NCBI GenBank assembly: GCA_013152435.1
Contig: JAADGJ010000062.1
Location: 18,672 to 82,671 of the forward strand
Source: Chloroflexota bacterium
Lineage (GTDB): Bacteria; Chloroflexota; Anaerolineae; DUEN01
Length of the DNA: 64,000 nt
Direction of reading: 5' to 3'
Part shown: piece by piece, positions 26,322 through 35,826 of the stretch
Numbering within the stretch: position 1 is the stretch's first letter
Layout: every line of letters starts with the position of its first letter
Translations under genes and position numbers: made by a program
Notes under the pieces: model-generated
What the model was told of the DNA's origin: nothing
Databases searched by the model: none
Seen by the model: the letters and a program-made list of their open reading frames with translations, nothing else

Positions 26322-28192
26322 TCGATCGTCACCGCGCTCCACGGCAGGACCAGCGGATCTCCCAACGGGACCAGATCCGGCCCGGCGTAAAGCCCGATGC
26401 GAAGGCTGTACGGGCCGGGCGGGAGGGTATCCGGCAGGGGGATTGAGTGGCGGTCGCGCAGCACCTCGCCGGGCTGCCACAGCGACGTGGGGTAGTACAT
26501 CCCGCCGGGGGGGGCGTCGTGCTGTCCGATCTTCTCCCCATTTCCCGCCAGCAAGTGCACAAAGGACGTGTAGTCCCGTTCCAGGGACCTCTTCGGCTCC
26601 CAGTAGAGCGTCAGCTCTAGCGGCTGCCCCGGCTGCGGATCGGGCGTGTCGGTTGCCACGGCCAGCAGGATAAGGGCGTCCCCCACGACGCCCAATGGCT
26701 CACCGGGCGGCCTGGTCACGCTCCCCTCGACCTGCACGACGGCTCCCACGGGCCGTAAATCGAAGCGCACGTCCAGCCCCGGCATCGGCTTGACCAGGAA
26801 GACCGGACGCCCCGTGTCCAGGGCGGACGCCGTCACCTGGCCCACGTTGAGCCATCCCGGTCGCATCACCATCAGGGGGAAGAGCCCGGTGAGATCCGGC
26901 CGTCGATGTTCCACCTGCTGGAGGTAGATCAGCGGCACCATCTCATCGCGATCGTTGCTGACCAGGATCGCCTGCTGGGGCAGCGGCTCGCTCAGGATGT
27001 TCTCCCAGAACGTTCGGGCCTCTCGATCGGCGCTCCGGTCCACGCGCGGGAAAAAGGTCACCATGAGGAAGATCGGCAACAGGAGTCCCGCGGCCGCGAT
27101 CGCGAGCGCCAGCGCCCGTCTCCATCGAATCGCCAGCGTCGCCAGCGCGGAGAGCCCCACGCCGGCCCATAGGGCTGCGATGAGATAGACCGGCACGTAC
27201 AGGACGTACACGTCGCCGATGCCGTAGAACAGGTTGAAGCCCACCTGCGCCAGGAGCATGAGGCCGGTGGGCGCCAGGAGGTCCCAGCTTCTCCGCTCGA
27301 TCATCCAGGCCAGCCCGATGATGGCCAGGGCCAGACCTATCTCGCTCAGGTTTTGGGATATGAGGGAGAGGGCGGCGGGGATCTGTCCCCAGGCCGCCGC
27401 GGGCGTCAGCAGCTCCCCGGCGAAGACGCGTCCCGTCACGAACGCCAGGAAGCCGTCCAACGAGCGATCGTACAGGGGGAGCGTCTCGCCGGGGCCGAGC
27501 GGGACCCACAGGTACGGCGTGGCCGGCGCCCGCAACGGGATGTACAGGTAGAGCAGTTGGGGCAGGATCAGACCGGCCAGCATCCTCCCCACCGTGCCAC
27601 GATCCACGGCGGGACGCTTCAGCCAGGCCCACGCCAGCAATCCAGGCAGCCAGAGGATCGTCGTGCGGTGGTGGGCCAGGCCGAGCCCGACGACCCAGGC
27701 CAGGAGCACCGGGGCTCGTTGGCCTTCATCCTCCCGCACGATCAGCCACAGCGCGCAGGCCAGCAAGAGCGCGTGCAGCGTGTACACCTCGGCGATGACG
27801 GCCTGGGACCAGAAGGTGGGATTGGCCGCGAATGCCAGCGTCGCGCTCGCGGCGGCCAATCGTCGCGCCGAAAGGGGTAGCCGGGGCGACACGCGGCTGA
27901 TCATCCCCAGGGCGACGAGGTAGCCGATGCCCACGGCCGTCCCGCCCCAGGCGGCCGATAGGAGGTTCATGCGCCAGGGGGGCGTGCCCAGGACAAGCAG
28001 GTGGCTCCACAGCCAGCCCAGCAGGAGGTATAGAGGGTATCCCGTGGGGTGTGCCAGCCCCGCGATCCACGCCGCGACCTGGAACTCGGCCGGATCGCCG
28101 AAGAGGAGCCCCGGGGCCAGCGTGCGCAGGTAGAGGATGCCGGCGGACAGGCCGCATCCCGCCGCCAGCCAGCGATCCACCCTCCGGCTCAT
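26240..28192 (-). CDS. GT-C-fold polytopic membrane glycosyltransferase-like protein (DUF2723/PMT-like) with a C-terminal beta-rich module
   Basis: Real start is the ATG at 28192 (MSRRVDRW...), which overlaps the upstream gene's stop as ATGA. It has ~12 TM helices with PMT/ArnT-like N-terminal loops, then a soluble C-terminal domain containing LELTLYWEP...DYTSFVHLL...YYPTSLWQPGEVLRDRHSIPLPDTLPPGPYSLRIGLYAG. Confidence 0.65.
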   Translation of the reverse strand: MSRRVDRWLAAGCGLSAGILYLRTLAPGLLFGDPAEFQVAAWIAGLAHPTGYPLYLLLGWLWSHLLVLGTPPWRMNLLSAAWGGTAVGIGYLVALGMISRVSPRLPLSARRLAAASATLAFAANPTFWSQAVIAEVYTLHALLLACALWLIVREDEGQRAPVLLAWVVGLGLAHHRTTILWLPGLLAWAWLKRPAVDRGTVGRMLAGLILPQLLYLYIPLRAPATPYLWVPLGPGETLPLYDRSLDGFLAFVTGRVFAGELLTPAAAWGQIPAALSLISQNLSEIGLALAIIGLAWMIERRSWDLLAPTGLMLLAQVGFNLFYGIGDVYVLYVPVYLIAALWAGVGLSALATLAIRWRRALALAIAAAGLLLPIFLMVTFFPRVDRSADREARTFWENILSEPLPQQAILVSNDRDEMVPLIYLQQVEHRRPDLTGLFPLMVMRPGWLNVGQVTASALDTGRPVFLVKPMPGLDVRFDLRPVGAVVQVEGSVTRPPGEPLGVVGDALILLAVATDTPDPQPGQPLELTLYWEPKRSLERDYTSFVHLLAGNGEKIGQHDAPPGGMYYPTSLWQPGEVLRDRHSIPLPDTLPPGPYSLRIGLYAGPDLVPLGDPLVLPWSAVTIDHRLVRSSGSSMASSRARICSQCVPAQ

Positions 28193-30975
28193 GGCGTCGG
28201 CTCCAACCTCACCCAGTCCACGGCGGCCGCCAGCGCCCGGCGGTCCGGGTTGCGCCCGATGCGGAGATAGGCCCCGCCGGATCGGACGACCTCCGCGGCG
28301 CTCCCGGGCGGCGCCCCCTTCACACCGATCAGCGCGTGGGAGGCGCCCGGCACCATCCTGGGATCCTGCCCCGCGCCGATGGTCTGCAGCGCGGCCCATG
28401 CCTGGTCCGTCAGGTGATCGATGGCCGGACCTCGCGTGGCCACGACTACCAGCATGCCGTCTGGCACGTCCTGCAGGAACTGCGCCAGCCGCTCGGCCTC
28501 GTAGATGTTGGCGGCGGTGTCGAACCCTCGCTTCTCCAACAGGCGACCGTCGCGGGGATCCACCACGGCCACGTTGTACCCGCGTCGTCCGGCCGAGGCG
28601 TCCACCCGCTCGCCCGCGTCGTCCTCCAGCGTGATGTAGGCGAAATCGGCCGATGCGTTGATCTCGATGTCCACCGGCGTTTCCACGCCCGTCTGCCCGA
28701 TGCGCGCGTCGGCCGGGAGCACATCGCGAGGGCGGGCCGCCCAGGCGAACTCCAGGGCGATCCGGTTGAGTCCACTCCGCACGATCCCCGCTGGGACCTG
28801 GACCTCGTAGGTCTCCCAGTCGGCGGCCAGTGTGATCCGATCCCCCACCGGCCGGCCGTTGAGCAGCACCCGCATGTGTTGAGGAGGGGCATCGGGGTAG
28901 GCGAAGGGATGGACGCGCAGGGAGAGCCGGTAGGGGGGCGCCGGCGATGTCAGGCGTATCGGCAGGAACAGGCGCGCCCGTCGTGCCCCCGCCCAGTTGG
29001 CCGTGACCCCGAAGATCTGCTCGTCGTCGTGCCAGCCCTCGCCGCGATAGGGGGCCGATCCCTCGACCCCGAGGTCCAGCTCGAAGTCCGGGCGCCCTTC
29101 CGGCTGATAAACCCGGTAGGCCTGCACGCCATCGCGATCGTAGAACGGCTGGCGGTCGACCGGCAGCAGCTCCAGCGTGTAGTCTCGGACGGCCGCGTAG
29201 GTGTCCGCGTAGGGGAACCGGCCGGGGATGGGCGGCAGGACGATGAGGTAGCGCACGTCGTAAAGATACATGAGATCGGCCGCCTGGGCGCGCGCGGCCG
29301 CGTCCACCTCCGGCGGGACTGGCCGCCCGAACTCCGTTTCCGTGATGGCCTGGAACAGCGGCAGGCGGCGGAAATACGCCATCTTGAACTCAGGGGCACG
29401 GCTGATGTTTCCGCCCAGCATGGGCTTCCCGTGCACCGTCTGGTAGAACTGCACCTGCGTTCGCTCCGATCCGAGGACGCCGAAGGAGTTGCGCCACCCC
29501 AGCGGCAGTTGTAGGAGGGCGAAGTCCCCCGGCTCGTTGGCGATCTGCTCGTAGATCGGAGGCACGCGGGCGTCGGTCAGCGGGAGGGGCACGGCCGCGT
29601 GCTCGAACAAGATCGCCGCGGCCAACAGCCCGGCCAGCGCGCCGGCGATCCCCTCGCGTCGATGGCCGGGTGAGAGCCTGCGGATGGCCCACGCGATGGC
29701 ATAGGCGGCCAGCACCGCGATCCCCAGCATCAGGATCACGCTGTTGCGGTTGGGAGCCCGGTTGGCCTTGACGAAAGGGATATAGTGTAAGAGCGCGAAG
29801 GGCATGGGGAACGTGACGCCGCGGTCCCCCAGCAAGCGGTCCAGGCTAAACTCGTATCGGCCGTTGATCTGAAGCAGCGGTCCCAGGCAGAACGCCCCGA
29901 AGAGGACCGCCACCCAGCGCCAGGGACGGCCCCGCTTCCAGGCGGCCACAGCCCCGATGACGGCCAGCGCCAGGGTCACCCATCCGACGAACACGGTGTT
30001 GATGTCGGAGAAGCGCGCTGTGCCCTCCTCCACCGCCCGCAGCGCGCGGGGCCACTCCTCGCCCCAGAGGGGATGGAGGGCGGTGGGCGTGATGAACCCC
30101 AGCAGATCTGTGCTGAGCTTCAGGCCCTCTCCCCATCCCTCCAGCGCGTAGTCGCCGCTCACGAATTCACGCACGATGGGCACCAGCGCCGGGCTCCAGA
30201 TGAGGGCGGCCACCACGGCCACGATGGCCATGCGGGCTGCCAGCGAGGCGATCTCGCGTCCCGCGTCCTTAGGCTGTTTGTGGGCGCGCACGGATTGCGC
30301 CAGACGGAACCCCAGAAGCACCACGGTCAGGATCGCCAGGAAGACGGCGAAGATCATCTCGGCCAGCGCGGCCAACGCCAGGAAGAACCCGGCCAGGGAT
30401 GCATCCCGCCATCCCGGGCGACGCAGCGTGCGTATGAGGTACAGGGCGTAGAAGGGGATCCACTGGGTGGTCACCATGTCGTAATGCCCCAGCGCGGCGT
30501 AGATGGCCCGGTTGGATCCGAAGGCGTAGATCAGGCCGGCGATCAGCGGGACCAGGTGGCCGAGGGTCCCGGACGGCAGGCGGTGCTCATCGGCCAGCAA
30601 CTGGCGCACGAGCAGGTAGGTTCCATAGCCGCTGAGGGTCGTCGCCAGGATCAGCGTGGCGTTGGAGGCGGGCACCACTCCCCACGCCAGCAGCATCGGC
30701 AGGGCCATCAGCGCGTTGAAGAAGTTGTACGTGTACAGGATCAGGTCAATGCCCAGCGGATACCAGATGAGGTCGGTGTGCAGGGGGGAGGTGTGCAGGT
30801 CCAGGAGGGCGTGTTTGAAATACCAGATGTTCCAGAGGAACGTGGACTCGTCAAAGGCCCAGGTCGCGCTGCCGGGCGTGTGGGTGGCGAAGCGCAGGAG
30901 CAACGGGTAGCTCAAGAGAAGAGCCAGGATCAGGAAGGCGGCCGGGATCAGCCACTGCCATCGCTTGCGTATCAT
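28189..30975 (-). CDS. Large (928 aa) polytopic membrane protein with a GT-C/YfhO-like N-terminal domain and a large extracytoplasmic C-terminal domain
   Basis: The N-terminal ~470 aa are multi-TM. The C-terminal ~450 aa are soluble. The extreme C-terminus ([49 protein letters not shown]) tentatively resembles an ILEI/FAM3-like domain. It is translationally coupled to the flanking GT-C genes. Confidence 0.6.
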   Translation of the reverse strand: MIRKRWQWLIPAAFLILALLLSYPLLLRFATHTPGSATWAFDESTFLWNIWYFKHALLDLHTSPLHTDLIWYPLGIDLILYTYNFFNALMALPMLLAWGVVPASNATLILATTLSGYGTYLLVRQLLADEHRLPSGTLGHLVPLIAGLIYAFGSNRAIYAALGHYDMVTTQWIPFYALYLIRTLRRPGWRDASLAGFFLALAALAEMIFAVFLAILTVVLLGFRLAQSVRAHKQPKDAGREIASLAARMAIVAVVAALIWSPALVPIVREFVSGDYALEGWGEGLKLSTDLLGFITPTALHPLWGEEWPRALRAVEEGTARFSDINTVFVGWVTLALAVIGAVAAWKRGRPWRWVAVLFGAFCLGPLLQINGRYEFSLDRLLGDRGVTFPMPFALLHYIPFVKANRAPNRNSVILMLGIAVLAAYAIAWAIRRLSPGHRREGIAGALAGLLAAAILFEHAAVPLPLTDARVPPIYEQIANEPGDFALLQLPLGWRNSFGVLGSERTQVQFYQTVHGKPMLGGNISRAPEFKMAYFRRLPLFQAITETEFGRPVPPEVDAAARAQAADLMYLYDVRYLIVLPPIPGRFPYADTYAAVRDYTLELLPVDRQPFYDRDGVQAYRVYQPEGRPDFELDLGVEGSAPYRGEGWHDDEQIFGVTANWAGARRARLFLPIRLTSPAPPYRLSLRVHPFAYPDAPPQHMRVLLNGRPVGDRITLAADWETYEVQVPAGIVRSGLNRIALEFAWAARPRDVLPADARIGQTGVETPVDIEINASADFAYITLEDDAGERVDASAGRRGYNVAVVDPRDGRLLEKRGFDTAANIYEAERLAQFLQDVPDGMLVVVATRGPAIDHLTDQAWAALQTIGAGQDPRMVPGASHALIGVKGAPPGSAAEVVRSGGAYLRIGRNPDRRALAAAVDWVRLEPTP

Positions 30976-31002
30976 ATCCTCCCACTCGCGTGCGCCATGG
31001 GG

Positions 31003-33408
31003 TTAGGGCGCCAGGGTCACCGAGAGCTCAATGCGATCCGTCAGCGGCTGGCCGGCCTCGTCCAGGATCGACAGCCGCTCCCCGGTGCGCCAGTCGTACC
31101 AGCCCAGCGCGATGGTGTAACGCCCGGCGGGCGCCCCGGGCGGCAAGGCGACCTCCACCTGATCGCGCACCGGCACCCCGGGCGGCCAGGCATCCGTCGG
31201 GAACAGCCCGGCGACCGGAATGGTGTCCGCCTGGGTGACGAGCTCGTTCTCCTGGTTGATCAGGTGCACGAACATCGTGTACGACTTCTCCGGTAGTCGC
31301 TTGAAGCGCCACACCGTGTCGATGATCACCCGGGCTGGGTCGCCGATGGCCGGCCGGGTCTGGATGTCCAGCAGTTGCAGTCCCTCGCTGAACTCCGCCG
31401 GGACGACGCGCGGCAGCTCGAAATCGGGATCGGGGCCGCCCGGCGATAGCCGAACCTCCGCTACCCCCGGGTAATCCATGCCGACGCGCACGGCGTAAAG
31501 CCCGAACGGCGCGTCCTGGCCGATGGTGACCCGTTGCCAGGTCGCCACCACGTCTCCCGCGTGCCACTCCCCGTAGCGATAGGGCAGCGTCCCCGTCCAC
31601 ACGCCGCGTGGTATCCCCTCCGCATCCTCCACCACCAGCTGCACCGAGGGGGCCTCCGTGGGGGGCACATCCCCGGGATCATCCACCATCCAGTAGAGGG
31701 TCACCTCCAACGCGCCGCCGGGCCGCGCCTCGCCGGCGATGTCGTATCCGACCAGTCGGGGCAGCCCCTGGCCGGGCAATCCCTGGGTGCGGGCAGGTGG
31801 CCCCCCTTGATCGACGCGGTAGACCTCCAGTCCCGGCTCCCCTCTGGGGCTCTTCACCACGGCCAGCGGCGTCATCACGGGCAGCAGGCGTTGTAACCGT
31901 TCCCGATCCGGCATGGCCGAGTTGCCCAACAGGTAGATCGCCCCGCCGGGCGGCGGCATAAGGAGCGCCTTCCTGGCGTCGAACCATCGCAGCTTCGGAT
32001 CGCTGCGATCGAAGAACTCGGTCAGCGGCACCTCCTCGTACAGGAGCATGAACGAGGGATGGCGGTAGATATCGGCCGAGAGGTAGGCCAGTTGCTCCGG
32101 CTGGTTGCGCTTTAGCCAACGCGCCGCGGCGACCACATCTCCATCGAACGCCTCGAACGCGCCCGCGGAGCGTCCCCACGACACGAAGTACCCCCACCAG
32201 TTCAGCGTGGCATGGAAGATGAGCGCGCCGGCCAGCACCGCGGCGAAGGCCGTCTGTCGGTCCTTGGGGTTTACCCGGGCCCGCGCCCACTCCGCCACCT
32301 GCCAGGCTCCGATGGCCGGGAAGAAGTAGAGCCCGGGGAGCACTCCCAATGCTCGCGGCAGCGCGGGAATGCGGTCCACGGCCAGGAAGGTGGGGATCAT
32401 CATGACGGGCCACCACAGGAGGAGGAAGAGGAACCGCCGTCTGCGCCACTGTTGGATCAGATAGAGCACGCCGACGATGGCCAGGGCGCCGGTGATCACG
32501 TCGAACACTGGACGGCCCGGCAGGTTGTAGAACCAGTCCCGGTCCCCCAGCCCCGCCACGAAGAACTGCAACGTGTTGCCGAACAGCGCCAATACCGATT
32601 TCACGATCGGATTGCCGGAGCTGACGTGCGGGTTGCCGACGAACACCTCGCCCGCGCGAGAGGTGAAGCTGCCGGGGTGCTGGATGAAATAGCGGAACAG
32701 GGGGAGGAAGATCACGGTGGCGGCCGCGTACATGGCCAGGATGCCGCCCGGGAAGCGGCGCAGGATGGATGGCCGTCCCCGGCGGCCGTTGATCCACCAC
32801 TCGACGGCCAGATAGAGCGCCAGGAAGCAGGGCACCAGCCGGGAGGCGGTGTAGAAGTACAGGTTGATCCCCATGGCGACGCCGGATCCCACCATCCAGC
32901 GCCAATCTCGCCGGTTGATCCCCCGCCAGAACGCCCAGAAGCCGATGGTGGTCATCAGCGGCGTGAACACGCCCCGCACCCCGAAGCGGCTGAAGTGCAC
33001 ATGCCAGAAGCTGGTGGCCAGGAACCCGGCGGCCAGCAGCGGCACGGGGGTGTCCTCCAACGGGGTGCGGCGCAATAGCTCCTTGCCCAACCAATACGTC
33101 ATGGGCACGGTGATCAGCCCGGCGACGACGGAGGGGAAACGCACGGCGAACTCGTTAACGCCGAAGAGGAGGAAGCTGAAGGCGACCAGGAACATGTGCA
33201 GGCCCTCGCGCCCGTAGTTGGCGGGGAAGAAGACCTGCCCTCGCCCGGCGAGGACGTCGAGCGCGTCCAGCCCGTCGACCGCCTCATCGCCGAAGAGGCC
33301 GGGTGGGATAGTCCCGATCCGCCACAGCCGGAAGGCCACGGCGACGACGATCAGGAGAAACAGTGGGCTGATCGGCCAACGCCGACGGAGAAAGGATTTC
33401 ATGTCCAT
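31003..33408 (-). CDS. PMT/ArnT-family (GT39/GT83-like) polyprenyl-phosphate-sugar-dependent glycosyltransferase with a duplicated C-terminal module
   Basis: The N-terminal motif IPPGLFGDEAVDGLDALDVLAGRGQVFFPANYGREGLHMF is characteristic of the first periplasmic loop of GT-C mannosyl/arabinosyl transferases. It has ~12 TM helices, and its C-terminal domain carries two copies of the TLYW...FVHL...GLYD-type module. Confidence 0.7.
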   Translation of the reverse strand: MDMKSFLRRRWPISPLFLLIVVAVAFRLWRIGTIPPGLFGDEAVDGLDALDVLAGRGQVFFPANYGREGLHMFLVAFSFLLFGVNEFAVRFPSVVAGLITVPMTYWLGKELLRRTPLEDTPVPLLAAGFLATSFWHVHFSRFGVRGVFTPLMTTIGFWAFWRGINRRDWRWMVGSGVAMGINLYFYTASRLVPCFLALYLAVEWWINGRRGRPSILRRFPGGILAMYAAATVIFLPLFRYFIQHPGSFTSRAGEVFVGNPHVSSGNPIVKSVLALFGNTLQFFVAGLGDRDWFYNLPGRPVFDVITGALAIVGVLYLIQQWRRRRFLFLLLWWPVMMIPTFLAVDRIPALPRALGVLPGLYFFPAIGAWQVAEWARARVNPKDRQTAFAAVLAGALIFHATLNWWGYFVSWGRSAGAFEAFDGDVVAAARWLKRNQPEQLAYLSADIYRHPSFMLLYEEVPLTEFFDRSDPKLRWFDARKALLMPPPGGAIYLLGNSAMPDRERLQRLLPVMTPLAVVKSPRGEPGLEVYRVDQGGPPARTQGLPGQGLPRLVGYDIAGEARPGGALEVTLYWMVDDPGDVPPTEAPSVQLVVEDAEGIPRGVWTGTLPYRYGEWHAGDVVATWQRVTIGQDAPFGLYAVRVGMDYPGVAEVRLSPGGPDPDFELPRVVPAEFSEGLQLLDIQTRPAIGDPARVIIDTVWRFKRLPEKSYTMFVHLINQENELVTQADTIPVAGLFPTDAWPPGVPVRDQVEVALPPGAPAGRYTIALGWYDWRTGERLSILDEAGQPLTDRIELSVTLAP

Positions 33409-33409
33409 G

Positions 33410-34252
33410 TCAGTCTGGAACGGCGATGAGGTAGCGGTGGTGCGCCCAGATCGCCTTCACCCACCAGGGCAGCGGGGCACGTTCAAGCCACGCGTGGCGC
33501 ATCACCCGTTCGTACAGGTCCGGCTCTTTCCCCAAATAGTAGGCCATCGTGGACCATTGCCAGTTGTCGCCGCTAAATCGGGCGTTGAGTCGCGATGAGC
33601 GGATCCCGAGGCGCCGCAGCACCTCCGTGGCGGGCATCACCGTGTCAGGCCAGGGCGGGACGTCCAACACCCCCTGTTCCACCACGCGGGCGCCGGCCCC
33701 CTCGATCAACCGACGGATGTACCCCATGCGCGTCCATTGCTCGTCCACCGTTCGGAAGAAATCGCGGTCGATGAGGTACTTGCGCATGAAGTAGCCCACC
33801 TGCCAGCGGTTCGGCATGGCCACGAATACGACCTTGCGGGAACAGCGCACCAGCTCGCGCAACAGATCGCCTGGGTTGGGCAGATACCAGAGGCCGGCCC
33901 ACTCCCAGCATAGGTCGAAGGAGCGATCGTCGAAGGGAAGGGGATACCAGCCGGATTCGCTCACGTCCACCAGCGCCACGTCCAGCCCCAGCTCATCCCA
34001 GATGCGCTGCACGCCGGCCAGCCGCTCCGGCTCATCGTCGACCAGGGTGACCTCGCAGCCGGCCTGGGCCAGGACCACGCTGTTGATCCCGCTGACGCCG
34101 GCCATGCCGTACAGGGGCGCCTCCAGGACGCTCTGGACGTGGAATCGCTTGCGCAGGTGGTCCAGGAAATCGTTGAGGACGAAGCGCTCGTAAACCAGCC
34201 CCAGCCCCTCGTCGTAGTCGGTCAGGTAGCGTTTCCAGTCGGGTTTGGCCAC
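33410..34252 (-). CDS. Class I SAM-dependent methyltransferase
   Basis: Has the Rossmann motif VLEAPLYGMAGVSGINSVVLAQAGCEVTLVDDEPERL. A 2-nt gap separates it from the downstream GT-C gene. Confidence 0.75.
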   Translation of the reverse strand: MAKPDWKRYLTDYDEGLGLVYERFVLNDFLDHLRKRFHVQSVLEAPLYGMAGVSGINSVVLAQAGCEVTLVDDEPERLAGVQRIWDELGLDVALVDVSESGWYPLPFDDRSFDLCWEWAGLWYLPNPGDLLRELVRCSRKVVFVAMPNRWQVGYFMRKYLIDRDFFRTVDEQWTRMGYIRRLIEGAGARVVEQGVLDVPPWPDTVMPATEVLRRLGIRSSRLNARFSGDNWQWSTMAYYLGKEPDLYERVMRHAWLERAPLPWWVKAIWAHHRYLIAVPD

Positions 34253-34267
34253 GGTGACTCCCCGGCG

Positions 34268-35488
34268 TCAGTGGGCGGTATCTTCCGGTTCCGACGCTTC
34301 GCCGTCTTCCGGGGCGAAGGTGACGACCAGCCGGTCGCCATCGTAGCGAGCCCCCACCACCTCGAGCCCGGCCAGGACGCGAGGCAGCATCAGGTTTCGC
34401 TTCCAATTCCCGATGCGGATCACCAGTTCGTCGTGAGCCGTCTTCGTCAGATGGATCCGGGAGCGGTCGGCCAGGGGCAGCGGCAGGCTCAGGTAATATC
34501 GATCGCCTCGCTTGGTGATCCGCTGCGTTCGGCCCCGATAGAACACCTGCGCCGGATCCCGGTCGCCGAAGATAGCCGTCGCCATCTTGCGTAACATCTC
34601 GGGGCCCACCACCTCCTGATCGAAGAGCGGGACGTCGAAGATGGGTAGCGGGCTGAACGTCTCCTCGATCGTGCGATGGTAGCGTTCCTGGATATCCTTC
34701 CACGTGGCGAAATAGCTGTCCCCGACCCGGTCGGGGATCATGCGGTTGCAGATGATGGCGTCCGTGGCGTATCCGTAGAGGTTCAGGTAGGTGAACGCTC
34801 GTTGTGCTTCCTTGATCACCATCTTCTCAGGGTTGAGCACCAGTCGGGCGGTGGTGCGCTTCGGGTTGCTCAGCAGACCATGCATGCGATCGAGCTGTCG
34901 GAGGAGTTCGGCCGCCGCGTCGAACACGGCCTCGTCGGGCAGAGGGACATCTGTGACGGCCTTGAGGAGGGGACGCGCCACCTGCATCGCTTTGCGCTCG
35001 ATGGGGAAGATCTTCTCCAGATACCAGCGCGCCATCTCAGGAAAGGCCAATAGTTGCAACGTGGCCCCCGTCGGCGCGCAATCCACGACGATCACATCGT
35101 ACTCGCCCAGATCGTTCAGATGGGTGATCTGCATGAGGCTGGCCAGCTCCTCCATGCCGGGGAGGACGCTGGTCTCCTCGGCAAGCAGTTCGTCCATGCC
35201 GCGCCAGGCGAAAACGGCGGCCAGGTACTCCTGGACCTTGCCCCAATACTTCTCCATCTGGTACAGGAGGTCGATCTCCTGCCCCCATAGGTTCGACGCG
35301 ATCTGGGTCGGCTCCGGCCCGATGGAGCAATCGAAGCTGTCCGCCAGGCTGTGCGCCGCGTCTGTACTTAACACGATGGTGCGGTACCCTAGCTCGGCGC
35401 AGAGCACCGCGGTCGCCGCGCTGACGCTGGTCTTCCCGACTCCTCCTTTGCCCGTGTACAGGATGATGCGAGCCTGCTCATCCCTCAT
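34268..35488 (-). CDS. ArsA/GET3-family P-loop ATPase with a C-terminal HSP20-like domain
   Basis: Has the P-loop GKGGVGKTSVSAATAV and the DAAHSLADSFD switch. The C-terminal ~100 aa are a beta-sandwich-like extension. It is the first gene of the operon that continues into the methyltransferase and the three GT-C genes. Confidence 0.8.
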   Translation of the reverse strand: MRDEQARIILYTGKGGVGKTSVSAATAVLCAELGYRTIVLSTDAAHSLADSFDCSIGPEPTQIASNLWGQEIDLLYQMEKYWGKVQEYLAAVFAWRGMDELLAEETSVLPGMEELASLMQITHLNDLGEYDVIVVDCAPTGATLQLLAFPEMARWYLEKIFPIERKAMQVARPLLKAVTDVPLPDEAVFDAAAELLRQLDRMHGLLSNPKRTTARLVLNPEKMVIKEAQRAFTYLNLYGYATDAIICNRMIPDRVGDSYFATWKDIQERYHRTIEETFSPLPIFDVPLFDQEVVGPEMLRKMATAIFGDRDPAQVFYRGRTQRITKRGDRYYLSLPLPLADRSRIHLTKTAHDELVIRIGNWKRNLMLPRVLAGLEVVGARYDGDRLVVTFAPEDGEASEPEDTAH

Positions 35489-35510
35489 CTTTCCTCAACC
35501 CGATCCCATC

Positions 35511-35673
35511 CTCTCAAAGCGTATCTGAAGATTTACCGGTATGGTATCTGAGGGAGACCTTCAGATACCAGCTCTACAGGGGGAGGTGTGGAGGGGAACT
35601 CCCCTCTCGGAGGAACTCCGCTCCTCCGGGCCTCCATACAGAGGCAACGACATTTCTCAGACACGCTCTCAGA
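35511..35673 (-). promoter_or_regulatory. Structured 5'-leader element of the ArsA-glycosyltransferase operon; copy 1 of the TCAGACACGCTCTCAGA-type motif
   Basis: On the minus-strand RNA, segment A (UCUGAGAGCGUGUCUGA, 35673-35657) and segment B (GUAUCUGAAGG, 35568-35559) can each pair with segment C (CUUCAGAUACGCUUUGAGAG, 35530-35511). The A:C pairing keeps 15 of 16 positions with two G-U wobbles. Internal GGAGGA...UCCUCC and GAGGGGA..UCCCCUC hairpins are present. The SD GAGGAAAG and the ATG follow C. Confidence 0.35.
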
Positions 35674-35826
35674 TCTCGGTAGGGTGTCCTCTTCCTTGGA
35701 TACGCTGTCCAGACCTCATCTACCTTCGTTGGCCCGCCGGCGGGGCCGGAAGCGGCGCCCTCATCTCTCGCGGGCTTCGTCCCACGTCCAGGGGGAGCGT
35801 GCCTCGGCCGTGGCTCGATGTCCGGG

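Noticed and set aside
28193-28399. 69-aa Arg/Gly-rich extension at the start of the 719-aa GT-C ORF
   Set aside because: It overlaps the C-terminal coding region of the upstream 928-aa gene. The internal ATG at 28192 forms an ATGA stop/start overlap and begins directly at the first TM helix.
28189-30975. ILEI/FAM3-like domain call for the C-terminus of the 928-aa membrane protein
   Set aside because: The resemblance rests on a short stretch from memory and could not be verified without an HMM search. It is kept only as a tentative note in the feature evidence.
35700-35760. GC-rich hairpin GCCCCGCC-GGCGGGC downstream of the GH57 gene as a terminator
   Set aside because: On the transcribed (minus) strand it is not followed by a U-tract, and it lies ~90 nt past the stop. 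It may still function in a GC-rich genome, but the evidence is weak.
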